From: Sminthopsis crassicaudata
Taxonomy: Eukaryota
Assembly: GCF_048593235.1 (NCBI RefSeq)
Contig: NC_133619.1
Location: 604,354,558 to 604,418,557, forward strand
Reading direction: 5' to 3'
DNA: 64,000 bases
In this document: in pieces, positions 22,835 through 36,716 of the stretch
Position numbering within the stretch: the stretch's first letter is position 1
Layout of the letters: every line of letters begins with the position of its first letter
The notes under the pieces: generated by a model
What the model was told of the DNA's origin: nothing
The model's input: only the letters and a program-made list of their open reading frames with translations
The model's database searches: none
Translations under genes and position numbers: made by a program

Positions 22835-25784
22835 TCACCCTGACAGCCTCTAAATCTTTTCCTCTGTCCTGTTTCTCTTGAGTTATCCCTTCAAGGTGAG
22901 AGCAGGAAGCAAGAGCTGTGTCCTACTGTAACTCACTGCATGGCAGACTATAACTCACCAGGTGTCCAACTACAGAATAACTGACGGCATATTGACTATA
23001 ACTTCCTGCTAGTGTGAACTCTGGATGTTACTCATGGTGTGCCTGATTGTCACTCACCTGGTATTCCCTGGAAGTGTACCCAAGTGTAAATGCAAGGGGA
23101 GTAAAAAGCATTATTGTGCCTCCTCCTCTCCACTCTGAATGTGTTGATTGCAATTTGTTTGGTGTCAGACTATAACAATATAATCAACTGTGACTTACCT
23201 TAATCCAGTCCTTTGCAGGTAGGCATTTAAGTCACTAAATACAAATTATAGGGTGTTTTCAATTACAGAGAAGTGAAGATTTCCCTGGCACCAAGAAAGT
23301 GAGATAGCTAGTAAACTATAAAACTGTAAAAAACATAGAAACACATAAAGCGTAATAATGAGAATGGGCCTTAAGAAAAAGAATATGAGAGGTAAAAATT
23401 AATTTAAACTTAGTTAGAACTAGAAAGATCCTTAAAAGACAAAGTTAGTAATTTCTCAATAGGGAAGCTAACATTCTCCCCTTCATCAAGTCCTGAACTA
23501 AAGAGGCACTTCCTAGATCAAGGGATGTCCAGTTCCAGCTCCAGCATTCTAAGGTTCTGGCAAAAGTGGAACTAAAAATATCCCACTCACTCAGTCCCAG
23601 TCCCAGGGGTGGATTGATTCTTACAATTTTCCATTGTTTCTTAGAATCTAGTTGTCATCAGGAGGCTATCAATCAATCAATTGATCTATCTATCCTCAAT
23701 GAGCTCAGAAAATAAATACATGGAGTGTTATAAGTAGAGGCAATCTCAAAGATAATCTATTACAATTCTTTGCTTTAAAGTTATAGAAAATGAGACACAG
23801 GAAGGGAAATGCATGAGTCAAAGTTATATAATAAGACAATGGTAGAATTGAAATTAGGATCTGGTTCCTCTGACTTTCAATACACTTCTCATTCTACCAT
23901 GTTTCAAGACTATTGTATCTATTCTGGCCCCAGTACCTGAAACACTTTATCATAGAATTGAAGAGGCTAAAATTGGAAAGAAACTTAAAGACACCCAAAG
24001 AAGTCTTTATCTAGCCTAGAGCCAAATGAAAGTTCATTCTGAGAAAGCTACCCACTTGCACTGAAAAATGAAAAAACTACCAGGGGTATATCCTTTCCAG
24101 AGGTAAGAAGTGGGAATAGTTTTGAAAATTTAGCTTTGAAGCATAGTCTTGCTTTGTAGAAGTCTCCGAGGGCCCAAGCTGGAGCAACGCTGTTTCTTCT
24201 GTCCCCCACCTTGCCCCCTGTGATGACCTTTGGTAGCTTAGATCAATAGACCAGGCCCCTCCAATTCCCAAGTGAGCATGAGCAGCTCAAGAGAGCAGGC
24301 CTGAGTCTGGGTCATTAAGTAACTGTCACTCACCCAGCCCCACTGGGGGCAGGGCCCTGAGGGTGTGAAAGAGACACAGGTGTGGCCACATCATTCCCAA
24401 CTCCCAACCTGCCAAACCCTGAATTTCCGGTCCCTGTCCCCCATCTGCTCTTCCTTTATCATCTTCTTATAGTTCCTTCAAAGGCAGGATGAATTTATAA
24501 ATTCCAGTTCTGGTGAATAACCTCCTCTCTATCCCTCTTCCTCCTGGATTTATCAACAAGGCTTTCTGCTTTGCACACTAAGACCCCTTTTCATTGCAAA
24601 TTCCAAATCCCCTTCAATGAACTCCTATATGTTTATAGGGTCTCAAGTTTAAGTCACATCTCTGAGTGCCCATTCCTCTTTCAGAGCACTCACATTTGAC
24701 ATGGAATCCCTATCCCTTCACTGAACCTGTATCCATCAACTGAGCCCCAATCCTCTTCATCAAGTTTCCATTTTCCAAGTTTCCATTTGAGTGCTCCACT
24801 CATATCAAATTACCACTTTGTCATTTAGTCAACACATTTTTTTAAGTACCAGGCACTGTGCTAAGCACTATCGATACAAAGAAAGGCAAAAAATGTGGTT
24901 CCTCCCCTCAAGCAACTCATAGTTTAATGGGGGAGACATACACAATAAAAATAGAAGATGATTTTAGAGGGAAGATTCTAACAGAGAGAAGAAGAGAAAA
25001 GAGAAATCTAGGAAAAGCCTCCTGTACAGGATGGAATTTGAATTGAGTCTTTTTTTTTTAATAGATGACACCACAATTTTGTTGATTGGCTCAACAAGTC
25101 AGTATCCATAGCCAGATTGCTATCTGTGAAGACGTCTCCTGAGTCTTTTGCCATTGATATTCTTATTTCTTAAACTTGTCTTCATAATGTCTTTAACATA
25201 TTTTTTCTTATTGAATTAATCTTAAAAGGAATCCAATGAAGTCAGGGACAGCTAGTGAAAAAGGAGTGAGTATTATGTTTGAGAAATAGCATATAGTCTA
25301 GTGTAGCTAGATCAAAAAGTTCATGGATGGGAGTATTGTATCAAGAGAATGTAAAGGTAGGAACAGTTCAAATTGTTAAGGATCTTAAATGAAAAGTAGT
25401 GTATTTTATAACAGATCCTGGAGGTGATAAGAAATTTATTGGGTAGAGTAGTGACTCGTTGGCAGCTGATAGGAATGCTTTACAATGAGCAGATCTGTCA
25501 AACCCCTCACTGAGCCTCTCTCCTCCTTACTAGATGCCCATACTCTTCCTCATTGAACCCTCATCCCTCCAACAGAGACCTTATCCTATCATTGAATTCC
25601 CACCACATCCTTGAGATCCACACATTTTCTGATCACCCATATTATCACTTTTACTGATCCCTGTCCTACCTACAGAATCTTAAAACTTCATTGAATCTCC
25701 ATGCTCTCACTAAATTTCCATTCCACCACAGCATTTCCATATCTTCATTGAGTTTCTTTTTTTAAAAGTTAAATTCTATTTTCT

Positions 25785-27502
25785 AGAAGATTTTGATTAC
25801 ATCAAACTAAAAAGTTTCTGTACAAACAATACTAATGCAAACAAGAGTAGAAGGGAAGTAACAAATTGGGAAACATTTTTAAAGTTAAAGGTTCTGACAA
25901 AGGTCTCATTTCCAAAATATATAGGGAACTGACCCTAATTTATAAGAAATCAAACCATTCTCTGGATGCCCATCAATTGGAGAACGGTTGGGTAAATTGT
26001 GGTATATGAATGTTATGGAATATTATTGCTCTGTAAGAAATGACCAGCAGGAGGAATACAGAGAGACTTGGAGAGACTTACATCAACTGATGCTGAGTGA
26101 AAAGAACAGAACCAGAAGATCGCTGTACACTTCAATGTTGTATGAAGAGGTATTCTGATGGAAGTGGATATTTTCAACATAAAGAAGATCCAACTCACTT
26201 CCAGTTGATCAATGATGGACAGAAATAACTACACCCAGAGAAGGAACACTGGGAAGTGAATGTAAATTGTTAGCACTACTGTCTATCTACCCAGGTTACT
26301 TACACCTTCGGAATCTAATACTTAATGTGCAACAAGAAAATGGTATTTACACACATATATTGTATCTAGGTTATATTGTAACATATGTAAAATGTATGGG
26401 ATTGCCTGCCATCAAGGGGAGGGAGTGGAGGGAGGGAGGGGATAATTTGGAAAAATGAATACAAGGGATAATATTATAAAAAAAATTAAAAAAAAAAAGA
26501 AATCAAACCATTCTCCAATTGATAAATGGTCAAAGGATATGAACAGACAATTCTCAGATGATGAAATTTAAACTATATCCACTCATATGAAAAAGTGTTC
26601 CAAATCACTACTGATCAGAGAAATGCAAATTAAGACAACTCTGAGATACCACTACACACCTGTCAGATTGGCTAAGATGACAGGAACAAATAATGATGAA
26701 TGTTGGAGGGGATGTGGGAAAACTGGGACACTGATACATTGTTGATGGAGTTGTGAAAGAATCCGGCCTTTCTGGAGAGCAATTTGGAACTATGCCCAAA
26801 AAGTTATCAAACTGTGCATACCCTTTGATCCAGCATTGCTGCTATTGGGCTTATATCCCAAAGAAATACTAAAGAAGGGAAAGGGAACTGTATGTGCCAA
26901 AATGTTTGTGGCAGCTCTTTTCGTAGTGGCTAGAAACTGGAAGATAAATGGATGTCCATCAATTGGACAATGGTTGGGTAAATTATGGTATATGAATGTT
27001 ATGGAATATTATTGCTCTGTAAGAAATGACCAGCAGGAGGAATACAGAGAGGCTTGGAGAGACTTATATCAACTGATGCTGAGTGAAATGAGCAGAACCA
27101 GAAGACCACTATACACTTCAACAACAATACTGTATGAAGATATATTCTGATGGAAGTGGATATCTTCAACATAAAGAAGATCCAACTCACTTCCAGCTGA
27201 TCAATGATGGACAGAAATAACTACACCCAGAGAAGGAACACTGGGAAGTGAATGTAAATTGTTAGCACTACTGTCTGTCTATCCAGGTTACTTATACCTT
27301 TGGAATCTAATACTTAATGTGCAACAAGAAAATGGTATTTACACACATATATTGTATCTAGGTTATATTGTAACATATGTAAAATGTATGGGATTGCCTG
27401 TCATCAAGGGGAGGGAGTAGAGGGAGGGAGGGGATAATTTGGAAAAATGAATACCAGGGATAATATTATTAAAAAATTACTCATGCATATATACTGTGAA
27501 AA

Positions 27503-27532
<30 letters not shown>
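25785..27532 (+). mobile_element. Young 5'-truncated L1 (ORF2 end and 3' UTR) carrying a nested L1
   Basis: 21-bp perfect TSD AAAAGTTAAATTCTATTTTCT at 25764-25784 and 27533-27553, at a TTTT/AAAA site. ORF2 C-terminus (ORF track 26836-27150). Tail is (TA)n-like. Confidence 0.9.
25963..26496 (+). mobile_element. Nested L1 3' end inserted in the host L1 ORF2
   Basis: 19-bp perfect TSD AAGAAATCAAACCATTCTC at 25944-25962 and 26497-26515, an A tail, and near-identity to the host's own 3' region (from ~26950). Confidence 0.9.
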
Positions 27533-27533
<1 letters not shown>

Positions 27534-27859
27534 AAAGTTAAATTCTATTTTCTTTTCTAAGAACAGTCTTCTTGCCTCAACTCCACTCCCACTGGGAAAG
27601 CAAGAAAAACAAAACTTGTCACACCATTGTTGTTACTGCTACTACTGTTGGTGCTGGCTTCTGAACTTCCTCCTTTCTCTGTTTACCACCCAGGGCCTTC
27701 CTATCCAGAATGTCATGCACTAGTCCCCCTTCTCATTCCACCCTGGATCTTTCACAGAGAGTAGGGTAGTAAGTTCCAAGCTACCAGTTGGCACTGGGTG
27801 GTATCCTGTATGAATCTGTGGTGCTGGATATTTTGAAAATCATTTGGACACTAAGGAAG

Positions 27860-28170
27860 GCAAAGCAGTCAATGCTTAAAGAAATTAATTCAGGATTATT
27901 TACTGGAAGGTCAAATATTGAAAATGAAACTTAAATACTTTGGCCACATAATGTCAAGATAAAACTCATTGGAAAAGACCCTGTTGCTGGAAAAATTTGA
28001 AAGCAAAAGGAGAAGGGGATGTCAGAGGAAAGGATGGATAGATAATGCCATGAAAAATGAGCATGAACTTGAACAGATTTGAGAGATAAGATGGATAAAA
28101 GGATCTGAAGTGTTATGATCCATGAAGCCATAAAGCATCAGATCCGACCAAATGATGAAACAACAATTAA
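27860..28170 (+). mobile_element. RTE-type LINE/SINE 3' fragment
   Basis: CTTAAATACTTTGGCCACATAATG...CTCATTGGAAAAGACCCTG...GGATGGATAGA, typical of the RTE RT C-terminus and shared with 55690-55925. Confidence 0.7.
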
Positions 28171-28249
28171 ACCAGTAGTCCCTGACACTGTAGGTACCCT
28201 CTTGACCAACTTCTACCAAAAGAAGGGGATTTTTTTCATCATCTGTTTC

Positions 28250-30000
28250 AATAAACGGAGTTGTGTTTAGTGTTTTTGTTTACATTCCTGTAATCATTGT
28301 GTATCTTATTATTCTGCTTATTTCATTTTGTATCAGTTCACACAAATCTTCCCAGGTTCTCTGATTTCCTCATTATTTCTTATAGCACAACACTATTCTG
28401 TTCTCTCTACTACATTTTGTTTACCTAATCAACTGGGAACTACTTAGTTTCTAATTGTTTGCTACTACAATAAAATCCTGCTGTACCTATTGGGAATATA
28501 CATGGAGCCTTTTATTCTTTGACATTTTTGGAGTTTTTATCCAGTTGTGAAATTATTGGGTCAAAAGGTATAAATATTTTGGTCATTTCATAAAAGAAGC
28601 ATAATTCTAATTTGCTTTCTAGAATGCTTGGACGAATTCACAGACCTACTAAGTATACTGGGAAGGAAAGAAAGGAAATAGCATTTATTAAGCATCTATC
28701 ATTTCATTTGTTCCACCTATTTTCCTCCAATCATTCCAATTTTAAAATTTTTGCTTTTTATTATCCTCACTAATTTCATAGGTATAATCTGAAGTCTCAG
28801 ATTTGCTTTAATTTGTTTATCTCCTATTAGTGATTTGGAACCTTTTTTATTGTTACTTTGCATTTCTTCTTTCAAAAACATTTTTTATGTCTTTTGTTCA
28901 TGTATATACTTAAGAATTACAATGTATTTGAAAACAAATATTTATCTTACTTTTTGTGTTTTAAATTGTTGCCATTTCCAGATGTGTTCTTCCCTTATAT
29001 ACTCATCAAGCTCATCCCTATAATCAAAGCGGAAAAAAAGCACTTGAACAAAATTAACCAGTGTGACACAGTGAAAGAATATGGACTCCAGAGCTAGAGT
29101 CTGGGTTCAGATCTCAGTTCTGTGACCTTAGGCAAAATATTTAAACTTTCTAGACTTTAATTTCCTTAGACCTCAAGTATAAAAATGAAGAGAGGGGATT
29201 AAACAACCTTTGCAGTTTTGCAGTCCTTCCAATTCTAGATCTATGATCCTATCATTTGAGTCTAACCAACCTATCAATCAAGTTCAATAATCTCTGCAGT
29301 ATTCCACATCCATCATCTCCCACCTTAGCAATGAAGGGAGGAAGTTTAAGTTTTTCTCAATTCTTTCCTGGGGACATGGCTGGTCATTATATTTATATAT
29401 CATTGTTTTATTTGTTCTTTTCATTTACAGTGTTGTAGTCAATTTATATATTATTTTCCTGGTTCTACCTATTTCTTCTGGATCAGTCCAGATGTCTTCC
29501 CATGCTTCTCTGAATTTCTCATATTCATGATTTCTTTTTCCATAATGATATTCCATTACATTCATGTACCATAATTTCTTTAGCCTTTTCCCAGTCAATC
29601 TACTTTGTTTCCAATTTCCTGCTACTACAAAATGTACCTCTATGAATATTTTGGTGTAAATGGTATTTTTCTTCCTGTCATTGACCACCTTAGGGGATCT
29701 ATGCCTAGCAATAAGATCTTTTGAGTCAAAGGGTATGGGCATTTTATTTACTTTATTTACATAATTCCAAAATTGCTTTCCAAATTGGCTGGGCTAATTC
29801 ACAGCTCTAATAATGTGAGTGTGCCTGTCTTCTCACCATCTCTCCAATATTGATTATCTCTATTTTTTATTACCTTTACCAATTTGATGGCTATTAGCTG
29901 AAATTTCAGAGTTGTTTCAGTTTGCATTTATCCTAAATCAGTAGTTTGGAGTATCGTAAATAGCTGTGTGTTCATAGCCTGCATTCTCCTTTTGGAAATT
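28250..30000 (-). mobile_element. Old fragmented L1 pieces
   Basis: Minus-strand ORF 29425-29742 resembles the L1 ORF2 C-terminus (KKLWYMNVMEY). Interrupted by MIR fragments. Boundaries approximate. Confidence 0.6.
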
Positions 30001-31315
30001 TTCCCATCTCTTTGATTCTCTTACTTATGGGAGAAAGGATATTTACTTCCAATGAAGTCCCAGAAGATGGAAAATACTTATGCTGTCAAAGCAACTTTGA
30101 GAGCCCCCCAACTCCTTATGCAGTTATAATTCTAAGAAGGATACTTTCCTAAAGACCCCAGAACTCAGTCTCCAACTAGAACAAGGGGACAGTGCTGCCA
30201 TTTCTCAGAGCTGAAATAGCCTGCTCAGGGAACTTGCCCTGAGACTGAAAACTAGGTCTGTCTCTCCTCCCCCAGCCTTCCTTTTCCCTCAGGCATAGCA
30301 GGCTTCCCCTCCAGCTCCGTTTTGTCCTGGTCAATCACCACTGATTGATTGATTGGAGGGGGGAGGGGAAAGGGAGAGAGGATCGATGGAGGAATCTGGA
30401 TCTATTCACATTGGCTGCTAATGATCCGGGGAGGAAAGAGGGGAAATTAATAGTGGGATGGCAATACTCAAACTCCTCATCTAGGTTTTATAGTATTAGG
30501 TTTCTCTTCTTCAAGATATCCTCCATCCTTCAGCCATGGGAGGATGTGATAAGGGAGAGAGGCAGGCAGGATGAAGCTCAGGACATGGTCTACCATTAGA
30601 TTAGTGTCACTGATTTCTATAACACTATCAGGTCAGACCCTCAGTCTAGACCTCTCCAATCATTCCCCCTGCCCCCTGTGATACCTTCTCCCTTTTGTTG
30701 TTCACAGCCCCATCCCTCTCTACAACCCAGTTCTCTTCTCTTCCCAAGGGTGGGAGATGACAATTCCTTTTTTTTTTTCCTGCTACATTTCTCTCCTTTC
30801 ACAGAACCTGTTTATTCTTGTCTTTTTCTCAGTCTCTGCTTCTAGCTCTTCCTCTAGTTCTGTTTCTCCATCTGTTTCTATGTGATACAAATTTAAAGTC
30901 AGGAGACCTGGGTTTGGACTCACATTTGCCCTATATTTGATGAGTGACTTTGGACATGTAAACTATGGGTCTCAATTTGTTCATCTGTGAAAGTGAAAGG
31001 ATCAGACAAGATGATTCCTAAGGTCTTTTCCTAATCTAAACATGCAATTTATGTGGCACAGGACATGATTTAGGGGAGAGAAATCCTATGTTCTCTCCCT
31101 TCATCTCTATATTCTCTGTTCCTTCATTTCTGTACTATAGTCTTTTGGGGGTTTTTTCCTGTCTCTCTCATCCCTTTCTTTCCTGTTCCTGGCTATCTCT
31201 GTTTCTTCTCCTGAGTCCCTTTGGATGGGGTGATAACTGAACAGGAGACCTGGGGTGCCTGAATATAAGCCTAAGGGATATTTTGGGGTTTTTTAGTTAA
31301 GAATGTAGACCACAC

Positions 31316-31782
31316 ATGAACTGATGCTGAGTGAAATGAACAGAACCAGAAGATCGCTGTATACTTCAACAACAATGCTGTATGAAGATGTATTCTGATG
31401 GATATCTTCAACATAAAGAAGATCCAACTCACTTCCAGTTGATCAATGATGGACAGAAACAGCTACACCCAGAGAAGGAACACTGGGAAATGAATGTAAA
31501 TTGTTAGCACTACTGTCTATCTACCCAGGTTACTTATACCTTCGGAATCTAACACTTAATGTGCAACAAGAAAATGGTATTTACACACATATATTGTATC
31601 TAGGTTATACTGTAACACATGTAAAATGTATGGGATTGCCTGTCATCTAGGGGAGGGAGTAGAGGGAGGGAGGGGAAAATTTGGAAAAATGAAAACAAGG
31701 GATAATGTTATAAAAAAATTACTCATGCATTATATTGTCATAAAAATTTTATAATTATAAAATTTTAAAAAATTAAAGAAAA
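31316..31782 (+). mobile_element. Young L1 3' end
   Basis: 17-bp perfect TSD AAGAATGTAGACCACAC at 31299-31315 and 31783-31799. Same subfamily as the 26-27 kb copies. Confidence 0.9.
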
Positions 31783-32199
31783 AAGAATGTAGACCACACT
31801 TGATCTGTAGCCCAACACTGCCTGACCCATTGGATTTCATCGAATTCTTTGCTCATGGAAGACCTCCTCTCAAATTGGGCAATATTTCTAGAGGCTCAAC
31901 ATTTGGCAGTGACAAGGATGCCAAATGCTGTCTGAATCCCTGACCCTATTCCCATCTCTACTCCTCTTTTTCTCTTACCATTTCCTTCTCTATCACCCTT
32001 GAGCTAACTTCTTCAAACCTGCCTTCCAATTACACACAATGCTGTCTAACACCCCAAGAAGTCTTCTCCCTAAGACCAAACTTTTAGGGATGATGACAAC
32101 TTTCCTGAACTCATTTCTTAATGATTAATAACTTCTCACCAGGTTATATCCTCCCCATAGTAGTAATTCTGAACACTTGTGTATCATTGTTCAAATGCC

Positions 32200-35195
32200 A
32201 TTTGCCAGTCTTCAATGCCTACACCCTTATTCCCTTCCTCTTCATGCCCCCTCCACCCAATGTCCCACTTTAAAGCTCCCTACCCCTTCCACTGTGCTCT
32301 CTGGAATGCCTGTTCCTTTTCCTTTCGTAGTTCTTTTATCTTCTTACCCCCACTGAAACCTGGCTGACCCTTTCCAGCACTGGTCAAACTTTCATTTGTA
32401 TTCTCTCTCCCTCCAATCTCATGGGTCACAAGCAAATGATACCAGCTTCCTCTACTTCCAGGCTTTTCTTCTACCTCCAACCCTAAGTAACCTCTCCTCC
32501 TTTGAAGTTCTTTCAATCCATGTGGAATACTCTATCAAGATTCTGGGAGTTATCTACTGACTTCTTTCCTCAATTAGTTCAGTGTCTGGGTTCACAGTGT
32601 TCCTCTGCTGCCCATCTTCTGTGCTCATATTAGGGGACTTCAACATATATATTGATACTATCCCAATTTCCCTAACTCCCAGTTCTTCAACTTATTTATA
32701 TCCCATAACTCTGGCTCAGCTATACACTGAGATGGTCACCCACTTGATCTTGCTGTCATCCACAAGTGTTCTATTTCCATGTTTATGAACTTTGAAATTC
32801 CCTTATCTGATAACAGTTTGTGGGCATTCCACCTCTCCCTCTGCACTGCAACCCTAAACCCTTCTCCATGTTCTCACCATGACTTCCAAACCGGTGACTG
32901 ACTGTCAGTTTTTATCCTGTGTTCACTATTTTCTCACCCTTTCTCCTATAGGCTCTGGTGAACTAGTTCAATGCTAACCTGTCTTTTTCTCTTTAGTCCT
33001 GTGCTCCCATATCCTATTACCAAACTTGCCCTACCAAACCTCAGCCTCAGATAACACTGACATTTGATGTCTTCACTCTTACTCATGTTCTGTTGAATGA
33101 AGCTGAAGAAAATCACACAATTGTGTTGATTCTAATTGCCATCCATTTGTTGCAATTGGGCTCTCACAGCAGTAAGGCAAAGTTTTTAACATATCCTTAA
33201 TTAATTTACTATTGCACATACCATAGAAGCTTTTCTAAACCATCTCAGCCCTCCTCCAACCTGTACCCCAACATTTCAGCTGAGAATCTTGCTTTAGATT
33301 TTACTGAAAAAAATTTAAGGCCCTTCACAGAAAGCTTCTTCTTAACCCCCATCTTCTCATCCTACATCACTAATTTGCTTTCTGTCACTATCTCCTGCTT
33401 CATCCCTGACTCCCAAGAAGAGTGGCCCTTCTCTTTGCCAAGAGAGATCTTCTATATGCACAAGAGATTTCATTCCATCCCATTCTTTCCCAGCAGTTTT
33501 TCTCCTTTGTCATTCTTACCCTTTAATCTTTAATCTCCTCTTGTCTCCTGGCTGCTTCCCTACTGCTTACAAACATGCCCAAGTCTCCCCCCATCCTCAA
33601 AAAAGTCTCACTTTATACCTCCATCCAGGCTAGCTATTGTCCTATATCTCTTCTCCCTTTTGTGCCTAAATTCTTTAAGAAGGTGGTCTACAATCCCCAC
33701 TGCTACTTCTTTTCCTCTCATTTTCTTATTAACTCTCTTCATTCTAGCTTCAAATCCCATCATTAACCAAGGCTGCTTTCTCCAAAATGCCCAATGACCT
33801 ACTAATTGCTAAATCTAATGACCCTTTTCATTCCTCATCCTTTTTTTTAAAACCTCTCTGTACCCTTTGACACTGTTGGCCAATTTCCCAATTGAGATTT
33901 TCTTTTTTTTTAGGTTTTTACAACACTGCTCTTCCCTAATTCTTTTCCCACCTAGCTTATTGTTGCATCTCCATCTATAGTATACCCCCTAATCATGGGT
34001 AATCTTAAATCTCTGTCGTGGGTCCTCTTCTCTCTCATTATTATCACCTGGTGATCTCATCAACTCCTATGGGTTCAATTATCAACTCCATGAAGACGGA
34101 CCTATTTGCCTAGCCCTATTTGCCCACAACTGCCTTTTGAACATCAACAACTGGATATTCTGTAGATATATTAAACTAAAAATATTCGGGACTGAATTCT
34201 TTATTTACCTCCTCCTCCCCAAACTCTCCTTTCTTTCAAACTCTGCTGTTACTGCCAAGGGCACCATCATTGTACCAATTATTCAGACTTACAACCTAAA
34301 TGTCATACTTGATTCCTCTAATTGCCTCTCATTTCCCATACCCAGTCTGTGACCAGATGATACTGATTCTATCTTTATTACATATGCTCTTCCATCCTTA
34401 AATCTTTCTCTTCTCTGAAACTTCCACCATCCTGGTGCAGGTTCTATAGGACTATTTTAATAGACTCATTGACTAGAATTCCCATCTCCAGTTTTTCCCC
34501 ACTCCACTCCATTCTTCACTCAGCCATCAAATTGATCTTCCTAAAGCCAGAGTCTGATCATGCCATAATCCTATCCCTAGGATTAAGTACAAAATTCTAT
34601 TTAATGTTCAAAACCCTTCAAAGTTTGCTCCCGTCCTGTTTTTTTATTTAAAAATTTTCTTTTTAGTTTTCAGTCTTTTTGTTCATCTGACATTGTCCGC
34701 CTAGCTGTTCCTCATGCAAGACATTCCATATCCTGGCTCCAGGCAACACTAACTGTCATGCATGCCTGGAATTCTCCCCTTCCCCTTCTCCACCTCTTAG
34801 CTTTCCTGGTTTCCTCTAAGTCCCAGCTAAAATCTCACCTTAATGCCCTCTGTTGATTATCTCCAATTTGTCTTATACACATCTTGTTTGTAGACAGTCA
34901 TTTTCATGTTGTCTTCCCCATTCGACTGTAAACTCCCAGAGGGAAGGGATTAAGACAGTCTTCTTGTATTCCCACTTTGGCACAGTACCTGGCATATAGT
35001 AGACACCTAATATTTAATTAACTAAATTATTTAATTAATTTAAAATAATAACAAATAAAAATAAACAAACAAAAATTTATTTATGGGTTATTATAATAAT
35101 AAATAAATTATTATTTTAATAATTTGGATGAATGAATAAATTAAATTAAAGAATAATAAATACTTAATAAAAGCTTGTTCAGTGACTGGCTGACT
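32200..35195 (+). mobile_element. Long decayed L2 LINE
   Basis: Endonuclease remnants (FHCALWNAC; LILGDFNIYID in ORF track 32279-32788 region), pyrimidine-rich ORF2 body and an L2 3' end (CAGTACCTGGCATATAGTAG...AATAAAAGCTTGTT) with an AT-rich expansion at 35010-35170. Confidence 0.75.
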
Positions 35196-36321
35196 CTTCC
35201 TTCTCTGCGTCTGTCTTTATCCCTATCCTTGTTTCTGCTTCTGCCCTTGTCTGTCTCTGTCTCTGTCCTGTCTGTCTCTGTGTCCTGATGGCTATCTTTA
35301 TACCATATCTTCTTGACCTTTAGGGTAAAGTTCTTTTCACCACACTTTGTAAAGAGTAAAGAAGCAAGGGGAAAATATTAAAATATCATATGAACTACTA
35401 TGACATGAGTCATAGATTGTCAGAGAGATAAAGGTCCTTAACACATAGAATGTCAAAAGTGGAAAGAATCTTGGACAATAGAACTTCAGAGCTGGGAAGA
35501 AGCCTTAGAATATGGGGTGCTAGCAGTGGAAAAGGTCTTAGAGCATACCATGTTAGTATGGTGGAAAGAATCCTGGATTTGGGCTTTAGAGATTTGGATT
35601 CAAATACCAATTCTACTACTTTCTGCCTAAATGACTTTAGCCATTTATTTCTCTAAGCTTGTGTCCTCATTTACAAAAGAGGGAAATAGGTGTCCTTTAG
35701 TGTCTTATTTACAGAAAATGTCAGAGCTGATAGGGATTTCAGACTATAGAATGGCAGAGATACAAGTTATGTTAGAGGTCGTTTGGTTGAATACTTTCCC
35801 TCTTGGGAGCATTGTTAATTATCTTTTCATGTGTGTGTTCTGTCTCTCTTAGTAGACATTCATCTTTGCATCTCCCTGGCTCTAAGGGAAGGTAAGAGAC
35901 ACAGTAGATAGAGTGCCTGGCTTAGAATCATCAGACCTGAATTCAAATGTGGCCACAGCTGTGCGGCTTTGGCAAGTCACTCAACCCTGCTTGCCTCAGT
36001 TTCCTCAGCTGTACAATAAGCTGGAGGAAAAGAAAATGGCAAATCACTCCAGAATCTTTGCTAAGAAAATCCCAAATGGCATCACAAAGACTTGGACATG
36101 ACTGAAAATAAATTAACAACTCAGGATTCTACAGGATAGTAGGCACTTAATATTTTTTGATAGAGTGACTGAGTGCTACATTTTGACAAAGAACCTTACC
36201 AAGGGGAAGGAGGATAATAGTTGACATTTATAAAGTTTTTTTTTTAATGTTAATTATTTCACTTGGTCCTTCCAATAATACCATATCACTGCTTTAAGCC
36301 ATTTTGGATGTTTTCTGTTTC

Positions 36322-36716
36322 TTTTTTTTATTTTTTATTTATTTTTTATAATTTTTTTTCACAGTATATATGCATGAGTAATTTTTTAAATAATATTATC
36401 CCTTGTATTCATTTTTCCAAATTATCCCCTCCCTCCCTCTACTCCCTCCCCTAGATGACAGGCAATCCCATACATTTTACATATGTTACAATATAACCTA
36501 GATACAATATATGTGTGTAAATACCATTTTCTTGTTGCACATTAAGTATTAGATTCCGAAGGTATAAGTAACCTGGGTAGATAGACAGTAGTGCTAACAA
36601 TTTACATTCACTTCCCAGTGTTCCTTCTCTGGGTGTAGTTGTTTCTGTCCATCATTGATCAACTGGAAGTGAGTTGGATCTTCTTTATGTTGAAGATATC
36701 CACTTCCATCAGAATA
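36322..36716 (-). mobile_element. Young L1 3' end
   Basis: 16-bp perfect TSD GGATGTTTTCTGTTTC at 36306-36321 and 36717-36732. Poly(T) on plus; reverse complement of the 26-27 kb and 31 kb L1 3' UTR. Confidence 0.9.

Noticed and set aside
26836-27150. ORFs such as 26836-27150, 56602-56844, 60424-60669 and 61143-61340 as host genes
   Set aside because: All are L1 ORF2 C-terminal fragments.
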